Positions 22,903-34,287 of a stretch of DNA of 64,000 nt are shown piece by piece. The stretch's first letter is position 1. Each line of letters begins with the position of its first letter. The notes under the pieces are model-generated. The model was not told the origin of the DNA. It searched no databases and worked only from the letters and a program-made list of their open reading frames with translations. The DNA is taken from assembly GCF_046105845.1 (NCBI RefSeq), contig NZ_CP151004.1. One strand, 5' to 3'. The translations under genes and the position numbers were made by a program. This DNA comes from Escherichia coli (lineage in GTDB: Bacteria; Pseudomonadota; Gammaproteobacteria; Enterobacterales; Enterobacteriaceae).

Positions 22903-22928
22903 CAGTATTCTTTGGTCAGTCGGAGGCA

Positions 22929-24629
22929 TTACATCAGCTGACTTTCCTCACCCTCCGCGGAGCGAAAGCTAATACTCACTAACGTGCCGCCGCCGGAAGG
23001 TTGTGAAAAAGTCAGCGTCCCACCCAGCCGTTCCGCGCGCTCGCGCATGATATTCAGGCCATAATGACCTTCGGGTTCTTTCGGTTCACCGATGCCAATT
23101 CCGTTATCACGGATATAGACCGTGTGATTGCCGTCCGGCGCGGTGACGCAACTGACGGCGATTTCGCTGGCGTTGGCGTGCTTCATCGCATTCAGCACCG
23201 CTTCGCGAATAATTTGCAACAAATGCACCTGCATTTGCGCATCCAGCGCCAGGGTTGGCAGACGGCAGTCGAGGGTCAGTTTGGCGCTGGTTTGATTTTG
23301 TAACGTATCCAGCATTTCCCTCAACGCGGAGGGGAGATCTGCCTGCTGCAGCGTCAGGCGGAAAGTAGTCAACAGCTCGCGTAACTGCCGATAAGCATCA
23401 TTCAACGCTTGGGAAAAATCGGCCATGATACTTTGTGCGGTGGCGTTATCTTCCGGTATCGAACGCTTCAGTAACGTCAACTGGATACGTAAGTAAGAAA
23501 GTACCTGAGCCAGCGAGTCGTGCAATTCGCGGGCGATGGTCGCACGTTCTTCCATCAACAGTAACTGCTGAAAATGCTTCTGCGCCTGATTAAAGTACAA
23601 ACCGCGTCCCAGCATCGACGAAACGCTGTTAAGCAGCGGTTCTGATGATGAAACGTGACTATTTTGCCAGTGCAGTTCGCCGTAAACCGTCTCTTGCATT
23701 GTCACCGGTAAAATCTGCATCGGCAATTCCGGGTTTGGTTGCCCTTCGCTAATCCGCCAGTTTTCACCGACATTTAACTCCAGATATTCAGCCGCTTCGT
23801 TGTCGCGAACAATCTGCAAAATATGGCGGAAACAATGCACATCAATCTGGCTGGTGTTCAGTGCCTGCGAACACTGATACAACACCTCCAGGCGACGCTT
23901 GGCCTCGTGGAGGTCGCGGGTCTTTTCTTCTACTGACGCCTCCAGCGAACGGTACAATTTATGCAGCTCGCTCGACATCTGGTTAAAGGTTTTGGCAAGC
24001 AGGCCAAGCTCATTCGGCAGGCTGGTATCCAGCGGCGGCGAGTCGAACTGCCCGTGTTCAATACGCTGACTGGCGGTAACCAGCTGATTCAGCGGGGCAA
24101 CCACCTGATGGCGTATGCGGCGCAAAGTAAAAAAGACCAGCGTGAAAATACCGATGCCGCCAGCCAGGGAAATCGCCACCACCAGCAGCATTTTGCGTTC
24201 AGCGTAGTGCTGTAAAGCCAGTACGAACAGGTCTATCTGATTAACATAATTATTAATATTGGCCTGATACCACGGTAAATCGCCCTTGCTGAGCCGATTA
24301 TTCATCTCCAGCCAGTTGGCATTCAGATGCGCGTAGCGGGTTTTTACTGCCTCTGGCACATACCAGACGTTGAGATTGGTTAATACCGGTGAATGCAGTG
24401 CCTGCTGAAATAACTGCCGATGTGCATTGAGTTGTGGACTGCCACTTTGCAAGTCGTAGCCCAGGCGGTAACTCTGCATACGCAGCGATCCGGCAATATT
24501 GATAGCCTCAGCGTCGCGCAAACTGCTCGCCAGAGTTAGCAGAGCGATACCCGTGGAAAGAATCGACAGCAGCACAATGTAAAAAAAGGCCCGGGCCAGA
24601 CTGGCCGAGACGGGTCGTTTAACAATCAC
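22929..24629 (-). CDS. narQ: Nitrate/nitrite sensor histidine kinase NarQ
   Basis: 566 aa from GTG 24629 (IVKRPVSASLARAF...); H-box ELHDSLAQ; C-terminal ATPase domain. Confidence 0.95.
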   Translation of the reverse strand: MIVKRPVSASLARAFFYIVLLSILSTGIALLTLASSLRDAEAINIAGSLRMQSYRLGYDLQSGSPQLNAHRQLFQQALHSPVLTNLNVWYVPEAVKTRYAHLNANWLEMNNRLSKGDLPWYQANINNYVNQIDLFVLALQHYAERKMLLVVAISLAGGIGIFTLVFFTLRRIRHQVVAPLNQLVTASQRIEHGQFDSPPLDTSLPNELGLLAKTFNQMSSELHKLYRSLEASVEEKTRDLHEAKRRLEVLYQCSQALNTSQIDVHCFRHILQIVRDNEAAEYLELNVGENWRISEGQPNPELPMQILPVTMQETVYGELHWQNSHVSSSEPLLNSVSSMLGRGLYFNQAQKHFQQLLLMEERATIARELHDSLAQVLSYLRIQLTLLKRSIPEDNATAQSIMADFSQALNDAYRQLRELLTTFRLTLQQADLPSALREMLDTLQNQTSAKLTLDCRLPTLALDAQMQVHLLQIIREAVLNAMKHANASEIAVSCVTAPDGNHTVYIRDNGIGIGEPKEPEGHYGLNIMRERAERLGGTLTFSQPSGGGTLVSISFRSAEGEESQLM

Positions 24630-24834
24630 ACGCGTCTTCTCCACAAAAAATCATTAATGTTCCAGTTCGCTGAAACACAATTTAGTCAGTGATGGGATTA
24701 TTTGATCTGCCACAGTTTATAGCGAAATAGTTACTTATTCTGGGCACATGAACATTGCCGATTCCCCTGTAAGTCGGGTAATAACAACACTCATATAAAG
24801 AATAAGGTTTTTACAACCAAAAAAGAAGGTCGTT

Positions 24835-26814
24835 ATGAATCGTTTTATTATGGCCAACAGTCAGCAATGTCTGGGGTGTCATGCTTGTGAAATCGCCTGT
24901 GTCATGGCTCACAATGATGAACAACATGTCTTGAGCCAACACCATTTTCATCCCCGAATTACGGTTATCAAACATCAGCAGCAACGTAGTGCAGTGACCT
25001 GTCACCATTGCGAAGATGCGCCCTGCGCCCGTAGCTGCCCTAATGGCGCAATCAGCCACGTTGATGACAGCATTCAGGTCAATCAGCAAAAGTGTATTGG
25101 CTGTAAATCCTGCGTCGTGGCCTGTCCATTTGGTACGATGCAAATCGTCCTGACACCCGTCGCGGCGGGCAAAGTAAAAGCCACGGCGCATAAATGCGAC
25201 CTTTGTGCAGGGCGCGAAAACGGTCCTGCTTGTGTCGAGAATTGCCCAGCGGACGCACTGCAACTGGTCACTGACGCCGCACTCTCAGGCATGGCGAAAT
25301 CCCGCCGCTTGCGTACCGCACGTCAGGAACATCAACCGTGGCATGCCAGTACCGCGGCGCAAGAAATGCCGGTAATGAGTAAAGTCGAGCAAATGCAGGC
25401 AACGCCCGCGCGTGGCGAGCCGGACAAACTGGCGATTGAAGCGCGTAAAACCGGTTTTGATGAAATTTATCTGCCATTCCGTGCCGATCAGGCACAACGG
25501 GAAGCCTCGCGCTGCCTTAAGTGCGGCGAGCACAGCATTTGTGAATGGACCTGCCCGCTGCATAACCATATTCCGCAGTGGATTGAACTGGTGAAAGCCG
25601 GAAACATCGACGCCGCCGTCGAGCTTTCTCACCAGACCAACACCCTGCCGGAAATTACCGGACGCGTTTGTCCGCAAGACCGTTTGTGTGAAGGAGCCTG
25701 TACTATTCGCGATGAGCACGGTGCAGTAACTATCGGCAACATTGAACGCTACATTTCAGATCAGGCGTTGGCGAAAGGTTGGCGTCCTGACTTAAGCCAT
25801 GTCACCAAAGTGGACAAGCGGGTGGCGATTATCGGTGCAGGTCCGGCAGGGCTGGCCTGTGCGGATGTTCTGACCCGCAATGGCGTGGCGGTGACGGTGT
25901 ACGATCGCCATCCAGAAATTGGTGGCTTGCTCACTTTCGGCATTCCTTCTTTCAAACTGGATAAATCCCTGCTGGCACGCCGTCGGGAAATCTTCAGCGC
26001 GATGGGGATTCACTTCGAACTCAATTGTGAAGTGGGTAAAGATGTCTCTTTGGATTCGCTTTTGGAACAATACGACGCGGTCTTCGTTGGCGTAGGCACT
26101 TACCGTTCCATGAAAGCGGGTTTACCCAATGAAGATGCGCCGGGCGTTTATGACGCGCTGCCGTTCCTCATTGCCAACACTAAACAGGTGATGGGGCTCG
26201 AAGAGCTACCGGAAGAGCCGTTTATCAATACCGCCGGACTCAACGTCGTGGTACTGGGCGGCGGCGACACCGCGATGGACTGTGTGCGTACCGCGCTGCG
26301 CCACGGCGCGAGTAACGTCACCTGCGCTTATCGTCGTGATGAAGCTAACATGCCAGGCTCGAAGAAAGAGGTGAAGAACGCCCGCGAAGAGGGGGCCAAC
26401 TTTGAATTTAACGTCCAGCCGGTGGCGCTTGAGCTGAATGAGCAAGGTCACGTTTGCGGAATTCGTTTCCTGCGCACGCGTCTTGGCGAGCCGGATGCCC
26501 AGGGGCGTCAGCGTCCAGTGCCGGTGGAAGGCAGTGAATTTGTCATGCCAGCCGACGCGGTGATTATGGCGTTTGGCTTCAATCCACACGGGATGCCGTG
26601 GCTGGAGTCGCACGGTGTAACGGTAGACAAATGGGGCCGCATCATCGCGGATGTGGAAAGCCAGTACCGTTACCAGACCACGAATCCGAAAATCTTCGCC
26701 GGTGGTGACGCCGTGCGTGGTGCGGATCTGGTGGTTACCGCAATGGCAGAAGGACGTCATGCGGCACAGGGGATTATTGACTGGCTGGGGGTAAAATCAG
26801 TCAAATCTCACTGA
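24835..26814 (+). CDS. aegA: Putative oxidoreductase AegA (ferredoxin-like N-terminus plus GltD-like flavoprotein domain)
   Basis: 659 aa; N-terminal 4Fe-4S cysteine motifs; dinucleotide-binding AIIGAGPAGLACA and VVVLGGGDTAMDC. Confidence 0.94.
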   Translation: MNRFIMANSQQCLGCHACEIACVMAHNDEQHVLSQHHFHPRITVIKHQQQRSAVTCHHCEDAPCARSCPNGAISHVDDSIQVNQQKCIGCKSCVVACPFGTMQIVLTPVAAGKVKATAHKCDLCAGRENGPACVENCPADALQLVTDAALSGMAKSRRLRTARQEHQPWHASTAAQEMPVMSKVEQMQATPARGEPDKLAIEARKTGFDEIYLPFRADQAQREASRCLKCGEHSICEWTCPLHNHIPQWIELVKAGNIDAAVELSHQTNTLPEITGRVCPQDRLCEGACTIRDEHGAVTIGNIERYISDQALAKGWRPDLSHVTKVDKRVAIIGAGPAGLACADVLTRNGVAVTVYDRHPEIGGLLTFGIPSFKLDKSLLARRREIFSAMGIHFELNCEVGKDVSLDSLLEQYDAVFVGVGTYRSMKAGLPNEDAPGVYDALPFLIANTKQVMGLEELPEEPFINTAGLNVVVLGGGDTAMDCVRTALRHGASNVTCAYRRDEANMPGSKKEVKNAREEGANFEFNVQPVALELNEQGHVCGIRFLRTRLGEPDAQGRQRPVPVEGSEFVMPADAVIMAFGFNPHGMPWLESHGVTVDKWGRIIADVESQYRYQTTNPKIFAGGDAVRGADLVVTAMAEGRHAAQGIIDWLGVKSVKSH

Positions 26815-26881
26815 TAGCCTGCGCAGACAAACCCGGCTTCACAGCGTAAGATAATTGTTCATTTCGCGCTGTGGAGTCGGT

Positions 26882-27457
26882 ATGACGCAACAAATCACCC
26901 TCATTAAAGACAAAATTCTCTCCGATAACTATTTCACCCTGCACAACATTACTTACGATCTCACGCGCAAAGATGGCGAAGTTATCCGCCATAAACGTGA
27001 AGTTTACGATCGCGGTAATGGTGCAACGATCCTCCTGTACAACGCGAAGAAAAAGACCGTGGTTCTGATTCGTCAGTTCCGCGTCGCTACCTGGGTTAAT
27101 GGCAATGAAAGCGGGCAGCTGATTGAAACCTGCGCCGGGCTGCTGGATAACGACGAACCGGAAGTGTGTATTCGTAAAGAAGCGATTGAAGAGACGGGTT
27201 ATGAAGTTGGCGAAGTGCGCAAATTATTTGAACTGTATATGTCGCCAGGCGGTGTGACTGAGCTAATCCACTTCTTTATCGCCGAATACAGTGACAGCCA
27301 GCGCGCTAACGCCGGTGGTGGTGTCGAAGATGAAGATATTGAAGTGCTCGAGCTGCCGTTCAACAAGGCGCTGGAGATGATCAAAACCGGTGAGATACGT
27401 GACGGTAAGACGGTGTTATTGCTTAACTATTTGCAAATGTCACATTTAATGGACTGA
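26882..27457 (+). CDS. nudK: GDP-mannose pyrophosphatase NudK (Nudix hydrolase)
   Basis: 191 aa from ATG 26882; Nudix box [22 protein letters not shown]. Confidence 0.93.
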   Translation: MTQQITLIKDKILSDNYFTLHNITYDLTRKDGEVIRHKREVYDRGNGATILLYNAKKKTVVLIRQFRVATWVNGNESGQLIETCAGLLDNDEPEVCIRKEAIEETGYEVGEVRKLFELYMSPGGVTELIHFFIAEYSDSQRANAGGGVEDEDIEVLELPFNKALEMIKTGEIRDGKTVLLLNYLQMSHLMD

Positions 27458-27582
27458 AAAATAACAATAATATTTCGTTGTTTATTATTGGCTCAATCCG
27501 ATAAATCCGATTGAGCCGCGCTACCTGCGCAACGAAGATACGACTTGTGCTGTTTGTTTGAACTTCTGGGGTCGTACCGTCC

Positions 27583-28626
27583 ATGCGCTATCGCATTTTC
27601 CTTCTCTTTTTTTTCGCTTTGTTGCCGACGTCTTTGGTGTGGGCGGCACCAGCGCAACGGGCGTTTTCCGACTGGCAGGTCACCTGTAATAACCAAAACT
27701 TCTGCGTGGCGCGTAATACGGGCGATCATAACGGACTGGTGATGACCCTGAGCCGCAGCGCCGGGGCGCATACCGATGCCGTTTTACGTATTGAGCGCGG
27801 CGGGTTGAAGTCGCCGGATGCGTCTGAAGGGGAGATAGCGCCACGGCTGCTGTTAGATGGTGAGCCGTTGGCGTTAAGTGGTGACAAGTGGCGGATTTCA
27901 CCATGGTTACTAGTAACCGATGATACGGCAACCATCACCGCGTTTTTGCAGCTGATTCAGGAAGGGAAGGCGATCACCTTACGCGATGGCAATCAGACCA
28001 TTTCTCTGAATGGCTTAAAAGCGGCGTTGTTGTTTATTGATGCTCAGCAAAAGCGCGTTGGCAGTGAAACCGCGTGGATAAAGAAAGGGGACGAACCGCC
28101 GCTCAGCGTACCGCCCGCGCCTGCGCTGAAAGAGGTCGCGGTGGTTAACCCAACGCCGACGCCACTCTCACTCGAAGAACGTAACGATTTGCTGGATTAT
28201 GGAAACTGGCGGATGAATGGTCTGCGCTGCTCGCTTGATCCGTTACGTCGTGAGGTGAATGTCACTGCGCTGACCGATGATAAAGCACTGATGATGATTA
28301 GCTGTGAGGCAGGGGCCTATAACACCATTGATTTGGCCTGGATTGTGTCGCGTAAAAAGCCACTGGCCTCGCGCCCGGTTCGGTTACGTTTGCCGTTCAA
28401 CAGCGGTCAGGAGACGAATGAACTGGAACTGATGAACGCAACATTTGATGAGAAATCGCGTGAACTGGTGACCTTAGCGAAAGGGCGCGGATTAAGCGAT
28501 TGTGGCATTCAGGCGCGCTGGCGCTTTGACGGTCAGCGTTTTCGCCTGGTGCGTTACGCCGCAGAACCCACCTGCGATAACTGGCATGGGCCAGACGCCT
28601 GGCCCACGTTGTGGATCACCCGTTAA
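27583..28626 (+). CDS. ypfG: Uncharacterised DUF1176 protein YpfG (secreted)
   Basis: 347 aa; N-terminal signal peptide (MRYRIFLLFFFALLPTSLVWA); no catalytic motif recognised. Confidence 0.9.
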   Translation: MRYRIFLLFFFALLPTSLVWAAPAQRAFSDWQVTCNNQNFCVARNTGDHNGLVMTLSRSAGAHTDAVLRIERGGLKSPDASEGEIAPRLLLDGEPLALSGDKWRISPWLLVTDDTATITAFLQLIQEGKAITLRDGNQTISLNGLKAALLFIDAQQKRVGSETAWIKKGDEPPLSVPPAPALKEVAVVNPTPTPLSLEERNDLLDYGNWRMNGLRCSLDPLRREVNVTALTDDKALMMISCEAGAYNTIDLAWIVSRKKPLASRPVRLRLPFNSGQETNELELMNATFDEKSRELVTLAKGRGLSDCGIQARWRFDGQRFRLVRYAAEPTCDNWHGPDAWPTLWITR

Positions 28627-28657
28627 ACAAAATCCCAGATGCGGCCCTAAAAAGCGC

Positions 28658-28707
28658 ACGGACCGTCCCCTCGCCCCTCTGGGGAGAGGGTTAGGGTGAG
28701 GGGAACA
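28658..28707. repeat. GC-rich palindromic intergenic repeat (non-REP family; possibly the element known as Box C)
   Basis: acggaccGTCCCCTCGCCCCTCTGGGGAGAGGGTTAGGGTGAGGGGAACA; near-identical copy at 42051..42100; contains self-complementary CCCCTCTGGGGAGAGGG. Confidence 0.6.
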
Positions 28708-28728
28708 TACAGCATCCGGCGATCACCA

Positions 28729-30732
28729 TCAGGCACCTTTCACTCCCAGCACCTTATGCGCTTTTGCCACAATATTCTCGGCGGTTAAGCCAAAGAACGG
28801 GAACAGCTTATCCGCCGGAGCAGATTCCCCATAACCTGTCATCCCGACAATTGCCCCTTTCAGGCCAACATATTTGTACCAGTAATCGGCAATACCCGCT
28901 TCCACCGCCACGCGAGCCGCAACGTTAGAAGGCAACACCGACTCGCGATATTCCTCATCCTGGGCGTCGAAAATATCGGTCGAGGGCAGGGAAACTACGC
29001 GTACATTGCGACCTTCTCCCGCTAATTTCTCTGCCGCTTGCAGGGTGATTTCCATCTCTGAACCGGTGGCAATCAAAATAATATCTGGCTTACCGCCGCT
29101 GTCTTTCAGTACATAACCGCCACGAGCAATCTCTTTAACCTGATCCGGCGTACGTTCCACCTGGGCCAGATTCTGCCTGGAGAGGATCAGTGCCGTCGGT
29201 CCGTTGTGGCGCTCAACCGCCAGCTTCCAGCCCACCGCAGCTTCCACCTGATCGCACGGTCGCCAGGTGCTGAAATTTGGCGTTAAGCGCAGACTGGCCA
29301 GTTGCTCAACAGCCTGGTGCGTAGGACCATCTTCGCCCAGACCAATTGAGTCGTGGGTATAAACCATAATCTGCCGCGCTTTCATCAGTGCCGCCATCCG
29401 CGCGGCGTTACGGGCGTATTCAACAAACATCAGGAACGTCGCGGTATACGGCACAAAGCCGCCGTGGTGCGCAATGCCGTTGGCGATAGCGGTCATGCCA
29501 AATTCACGCACCCCGTAGTGAATGTAGTTGCCCGCCGGATCTTCCTTCAGCGAAACAGAACCTTTCCAGATGGTCAGGTTGCTGGGAGCCAGATCCGCCG
29601 AACCGCCGAGCAGCTCCGGTAGCATCGGCCCGTAAGCGTTAAGCGTATTTTGCGAAGCCTTACGGGTAGCGATTTTCGCCGGATTTGCCTGTAACTCATT
29701 GATATATTTCTGAGTCGTTTTCTCCCAGTCCTTCGGTAAACCACCGCTCATCCGACGGGTAAACTCTTCTGCCAGTTGCGGATGAGCCTTTTTATAGGCG
29801 GCAAACTTCTCATTCCAGCTCTGCTGCGCTTTTTCGCCTTTTTCGCGGGCATCCCAGGCGTGATAAATCTCTTTAGGGATTTCAAATGGCGGATGGTGCC
29901 AGCCCAGTTTTTGCCGTGCCAGCGCCACTTCTTCTTCCCCCAGCGGTGCGCCGTGCGCCTCTTCCTTACCTGCTTTATTCGGCGAACCAAAGCCAATTAC
30001 CGTACGGCAGATAATCAGCGACGGCTTATCTTTCACGCTTTGCGCTTCAAGGATCGCTTCCTTCACCGCCTGCGGATCGTGACCGTCGATCTCGTGGATC
30101 ACATGCCAGTGATAGGCTTCAAAACGTTTTGCCGTATCGTCGGTAAACCAGCCTTCGGTTTCACCGTCGATGGAAATACCGTTGTGATCGTAAAAACCAA
30201 TCAGTTTGCCCAGTCCCAGCGTGCCCGCCAGCGAACAGACTTCGTGGGAAATACCTTCCATCAGGCAACCGTCGCCCATAAACACATAGGTGAAGTGATC
30301 GACAATTTCATGATCCGGCTGGTTAAACTGCGCCGCCAGTGTACGCTCTGCTATCGCCAGCCCGACGGCGTTCGCCAAACCTTGTCCAAGTGGACCGGTG
30401 GTGGTTTCAACACCTGGCGTATAACCAATCTCCGGGTGACCTGGGGTTTTTGAATGCAACTGACGGAAGTTCTTCAGCTCTTCCAGCGGCAGGTCGTAAC
30501 CGGTCAGATGCAGCAAACTGTAGAGCAGCATCGACGCGTGGCCGTTGGAAAGAATAAAGCGGTCGCGATCATACCAGGTTGGGTCGGTAGGATTATGTTT
30601 AAGAAAATCGTTCCACAGCACTTCGGCAATATCAGCCATGCCCATCGGCGCGCCGGGATGACCAGAATTGGCTTTTTGTACCGCATCCATACTGAGTGCG
30701 CGAATCGCATTGGCAAGGTCTTTTCGGGACAT
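28729..30732 (-). CDS. tktB: Transketolase 2 (TktB)
   Basis: 667 aa from ATG 30732 ([27 protein letters not shown]...); thiamine-diphosphate motif GDGCLMEG. Confidence 0.96.
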   Translation of the reverse strand: MSRKDLANAIRALSMDAVQKANSGHPGAPMGMADIAEVLWNDFLKHNPTDPTWYDRDRFILSNGHASMLLYSLLHLTGYDLPLEELKNFRQLHSKTPGHPEIGYTPGVETTTGPLGQGLANAVGLAIAERTLAAQFNQPDHEIVDHFTYVFMGDGCLMEGISHEVCSLAGTLGLGKLIGFYDHNGISIDGETEGWFTDDTAKRFEAYHWHVIHEIDGHDPQAVKEAILEAQSVKDKPSLIICRTVIGFGSPNKAGKEEAHGAPLGEEEVALARQKLGWHHPPFEIPKEIYHAWDAREKGEKAQQSWNEKFAAYKKAHPQLAEEFTRRMSGGLPKDWEKTTQKYINELQANPAKIATRKASQNTLNAYGPMLPELLGGSADLAPSNLTIWKGSVSLKEDPAGNYIHYGVREFGMTAIANGIAHHGGFVPYTATFLMFVEYARNAARMAALMKARQIMVYTHDSIGLGEDGPTHQAVEQLASLRLTPNFSTWRPCDQVEAAVGWKLAVERHNGPTALILSRQNLAQVERTPDQVKEIARGGYVLKDSGGKPDIILIATGSEMEITLQAAEKLAGEGRNVRVVSLPSTDIFDAQDEEYRESVLPSNVAARVAVEAGIADYWYKYVGLKGAIVGMTGYGESAPADKLFPFFGLTAENIVAKAHKVLGVKGA

Positions 30733-30751
30733 ATAACACTCCGTGGCTGGT

Positions 30752-31702
30752 TTATAGTTTGGCGGCAAGAAGATCTTCCAGTTTGCGTTGATCAACGGCG
30801 AACAGACGAATGCCTTCAGACAGTTTTTCTACCGCCATCGCATCCTGATTGTGCTCCCAACGGAACTCCGCTTCGCTCATGGGAGCTGGGCGTGGGAACG
30901 TCTGAGAAGGTGGGATTAATTTACGTACCACTGGCGAAACTTTTTCCTGCAGCTCCTTCAGCAAATTCGGTGCGATAGTCAGTCGATCGCAGCCGGTTAA
31001 GGCGAGGATTTGTTCGGTGCGACGGAAGCTCGCGCCCATCACAATGGTTTCATAGTGGTGTTGCTTATAGTAGTCGTAGATATTGCGCACCGATTTAACG
31101 CCCGGATCTTCTTCCACCACATACGGGTCCATCGGCTTGCGTGCCTGATACCAGTCATAAATACGCCCGACAAACGGCGAAATCAGAAATACGCCTGCTT
31201 CTGCACAGGCCCGCGCCTGTGCAAAAGAAAACAGCAGCGTCAGGTTGCAGTTAATACCTTCTTTTTCCAGCTCTTCTGCCGCGCGAATTCCTTCCCAGGT
31301 TGAAGCCAGCTTGATCAGAATGCGTGATTTCTCAACGCCTTGTTGCTGATACAAGTCCACCAGATGGCGCGCCTTCTCAATGCTCTTTTCTTTATCAAAA
31401 GAGAGGCGTGCATCAACTTCTGTTGACACGCGACCGGGTACGATTTTGAGAATTTCAGCACCGAAATTGACCGCCAGTTTGTCACATGCTGCGACCACCT
31501 GTTGTTCCTGGGTTTTGCCATTTTTTCTACCCCAGGCGATAGCATCGTCTATTAAATGCTCATATTGTGATAATCCGGCAGCCTTGAGTAACAGCGAAGG
31601 ATTGGTGGTGGCATCCTGGGGATGATAATGGCGAATGGACTCAATATCGCCGCTGTCTGCCACGACAGTGGTGAACTGTTTGATGCCGTCTAACTCGTTC
31701 AT
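30752..31702 (-). CDS. talA: Transaldolase A (TalA)
   Basis: 316 aa; immediately upstream of tktB (20 bp spacer), operon arrangement. Confidence 0.95.
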   Translation of the reverse strand: MNELDGIKQFTTVVADSGDIESIRHYHPQDATTNPSLLLKAAGLSQYEHLIDDAIAWGRKNGKTQEQQVVAACDKLAVNFGAEILKIVPGRVSTEVDARLSFDKEKSIEKARHLVDLYQQQGVEKSRILIKLASTWEGIRAAEELEKEGINCNLTLLFSFAQARACAEAGVFLISPFVGRIYDWYQARKPMDPYVVEEDPGVKSVRNIYDYYKQHHYETIVMGASFRRTEQILALTGCDRLTIAPNLLKELQEKVSPVVRKLIPPSQTFPRPAPMSEAEFRWEHNQDAMAVEKLSEGIRLFAVDQRKLEDLLAAKL

Positions 31703-31990
31703 AGGAAATACTCCTTGAAAAGTAAAGTGTTAGATGAGTGCGTTAATTCACACTTCTGAGAAATTTCGCTAAACGCATCAAAAAAGCATAGCAGACAGGC
31801 ATGGTATTGCTGGATTAAGCAGGTAACATCAGTGTTATAGGATTATTACCAAAACATTATATTAATGGTGAGAGTTTGGACTTGCTCAAAGTCTGTAGAC
31901 TCCGGCAAGGTAATAATGTGCGCCACGTTGTGGGCAGGGGCTGTTGCCCACACACTTTATTTGTGAACGTTACGTGAAAGGAACAACCAA

Positions 31991-34270
31991 ATGGATGACC
32001 AGTTAAAACAAAGTGCACTTGATTTCCATGAATTTCCAGTTCCAGGGAAAATCCAGGTTTCTCCAACCAAGCCTCTGGCAACGCAGCGCGATCTGGCGCT
32101 GGCCTACTCACCAGGCGTTGCCGCACCTTGTCTTGAAATCGAAAAAGACCCGTTAAAAGCCTACAAATATACCGCGCGCGGTAACCTGGTGGCGGTGATC
32201 TCTAACGGTACGGCTGTGCTGGGGTTAGGCAACATTGGCGCACTGGCAGGCAAACCGGTGATGGAAGGCAAGGGCGTTCTGTTTAAGAAATTCGCCGGGA
32301 TTGATGTATTTGACATTGAAGTTGATGAACTCGACCCGGACAAATTTATTGAAGTCGTCGCCGCGCTCGAACCAACCTTCGGCGGCATCAACCTCGAAGA
32401 CATTAAAGCGCCAGAATGTTTCTATATTGAACAGAAACTGCGCGAGCGGATGAATATTCCGGTATTCCACGACGATCAGCACGGCACGGCAATTATCAGC
32501 ACTGCCGCCATCCTCAACGGCTTGCGCGTGGTGGAGAAAAACATCTCTGACGTGCGTATGGTGGTTTCCGGCGCGGGTGCTGCAGCAATCGCCTGTATGA
32601 ACCTGCTGGTCGCGCTGGGTCTGCAAAAACATAACATCGTGGTTTGCGACTCAAAAGGCGTTATCTATCAGGGCCGTGAGCCAAACATGGCGGAAACCAA
32701 AGCCGCATATGCGGTGGTGGATGACGGCAAACGTACCCTCGATGATGTGATTGAAGGCGCGGATATTTTCCTGGGATGTTCCGGCCCGAAAGTGCTGACC
32801 CAGGAAATGGTGAAGAAAATGGCCCGTGCGCCAATGATCCTGGCGCTGGCGAACCCGGAACCGGAAATTCTGCCGCCGCTGGCGAAAGAAGTGCGTCCGG
32901 ATGCCATCATCTGTACCGGCCGTTCCGACTACCCGAACCAGGTGAACAACGTTCTTTGCTTCCCGTTCATCTTCCGTGGCGCGCTGGACGTTGGCGCAAC
33001 CGCCATCAACGAAGAGATGAAACTGGCGGCGGTACGCGCGATTGCAGAACTGGCCCATGCGGAACAGAGTGAAGTGGTGGCTTCAGCTTATGGCGATCAG
33101 GATCTGAGCTTTGGTCCGGAATACATCATTCCAAAACCATTTGATCCGCGCTTGATCGTTAAGATCGCTCCTGCGGTCGCTAAAGCCGCGATGGAGTCGG
33201 GTGTGGCGACGCGTCCGATTGCTGATTTCGACGTCTACATCGACAAGCTGACGGAGTTCGTTTACAAAACCAACCTGTTTATGAAGCCGATTTTCTCCCA
33301 GGCTCGCAAAGCGCCGAAGCGCGTCGTTCTGCCGGAAGGGGAAGAGGCGCGCGTTCTGCATGCCACTCAGGAACTGGTAACGCTGGGGCTGGCGAAACCG
33401 ATCCTTATCGGTCGTCCGAACGTGATCGAAATGCGCATTCAGAAACTGGGCTTGCAGATCAAAGCGGGTGTTGATTTTGAGATCGTCAATAACGAATCCG
33501 ATCCGCGCTTTAAAGAGTACTGGACTGAATACTTCCAGATCATGAAGCGTCGCGGTGTCACTCAGGAACAGGCGCAGCGTGCATTGATCAGTAACCCGAC
33601 AGTGATCGGCGCGATCATGGTTCAGCGTGGCGAAGCCGATGCAATGATCTGCGGTACGGTGGGCGATTATCATGAACATTTTAGCGTGGTGAAAAATGTC
33701 TTTGGTTATCGCGATGGCGTTCACACCGCAGGTGCCATGAACGCGCTGCTGCTGCCGAGTGGTAACACCTTTATTGCCGATACATACGTCAATGACGAAC
33801 CAGACGCAGAAGAGCTTGCGGAGATCACCTTGATGGCGGCAGAAACTGTTCGTCGTTTTGGTATTGAGCCGCGCGTGGCTCTGTTGTCGCACTCCAACTT
33901 TGGTTCTTCTGACTGCCCGTCGTCGAGCAAAATGCGTCAGGCGCTGGAACTGGTCAGGGAACGTGCACCAGAACTGATGATTGATGGTGAAATGCACGGC
34001 GATGCAGCGCTGGTGGAAGCGATTCGCAGCGACCGTATGCCGGACAGCCCTTTGAAAGGTTCCGCCAATATTCTGGTGATGCCGAACATGGAAGCTGCCC
34101 GCATTAGTTACAACTTATTGCGCGTTTCCAGCTCGGAAGGTGTGACTGTCGGCCCGGTGCTGATGGGCGTGGCGAAACCGGTTCACGTGTTAACGCCGAT
34201 CGCATCGGTACGTCGTATCGTCAACATGGTGGCGCTAGCCGTGGTTGAAGCACAAACCCAACCGCTGTAA
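31991..34270 (+). CDS. maeB: NADP-dependent malic enzyme MaeB (malic enzyme plus PTA-like C-terminal domain)
   Basis: 759 aa; N-terminus [28 protein letters not shown]. Confidence 0.96.
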   Translation: MDDQLKQSALDFHEFPVPGKIQVSPTKPLATQRDLALAYSPGVAAPCLEIEKDPLKAYKYTARGNLVAVISNGTAVLGLGNIGALAGKPVMEGKGVLFKKFAGIDVFDIEVDELDPDKFIEVVAALEPTFGGINLEDIKAPECFYIEQKLRERMNIPVFHDDQHGTAIISTAAILNGLRVVEKNISDVRMVVSGAGAAAIACMNLLVALGLQKHNIVVCDSKGVIYQGREPNMAETKAAYAVVDDGKRTLDDVIEGADIFLGCSGPKVLTQEMVKKMARAPMILALANPEPEILPPLAKEVRPDAIICTGRSDYPNQVNNVLCFPFIFRGALDVGATAINEEMKLAAVRAIAELAHAEQSEVVASAYGDQDLSFGPEYIIPKPFDPRLIVKIAPAVAKAAMESGVATRPIADFDVYIDKLTEFVYKTNLFMKPIFSQARKAPKRVVLPEGEEARVLHATQELVTLGLAKPILIGRPNVIEMRIQKLGLQIKAGVDFEIVNNESDPRFKEYWTEYFQIMKRRGVTQEQAQRALISNPTVIGAIMVQRGEADAMICGTVGDYHEHFSVVKNVFGYRDGVHTAGAMNALLLPSGNTFIADTYVNDEPDAEELAEITLMAAETVRRFGIEPRVALLSHSNFGSSDCPSSSKMRQALELVRERAPELMIDGEMHGDAALVEAIRSDRMPDSPLKGSANILVMPNMEAARISYNLLRVSSSEGVTVGPVLMGVAKPVHVLTPIASVRRIVNMVALAVVEAQTQPL

Positions 34271-34287
34271 TTCATTCTTAACTCTCA

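Noticed and set aside
24645-24834. Possible sigma-54 promoter upstream of aegA (ctGGGCACatgaacaTTGCc)
   Set aside because: The GG and GC dinucleotides are 14 bp apart rather than the required 12, so it does not fit the -24/-12 geometry.
33083-33997. 304 aa antisense ORF inside maeB; similar long antisense or alternate-frame ORFs at 43653..44504 (in eutA), 52971..53765 (in yfeX), 59919..60647 (in cysP), 39929..40678 (in eutE/eutJ), 7178..8017 (in hyfB) and 14631..15329 (in tmcA)
   Set aside because: Their translations are arginine-, histidine- or cysteine-rich and low in complexity, typical of reading GC-rich coding sequence out of frame. None has a ribosome-binding site, and each is fully contained within a gene whose product I recognise on the opposite strand or another frame.
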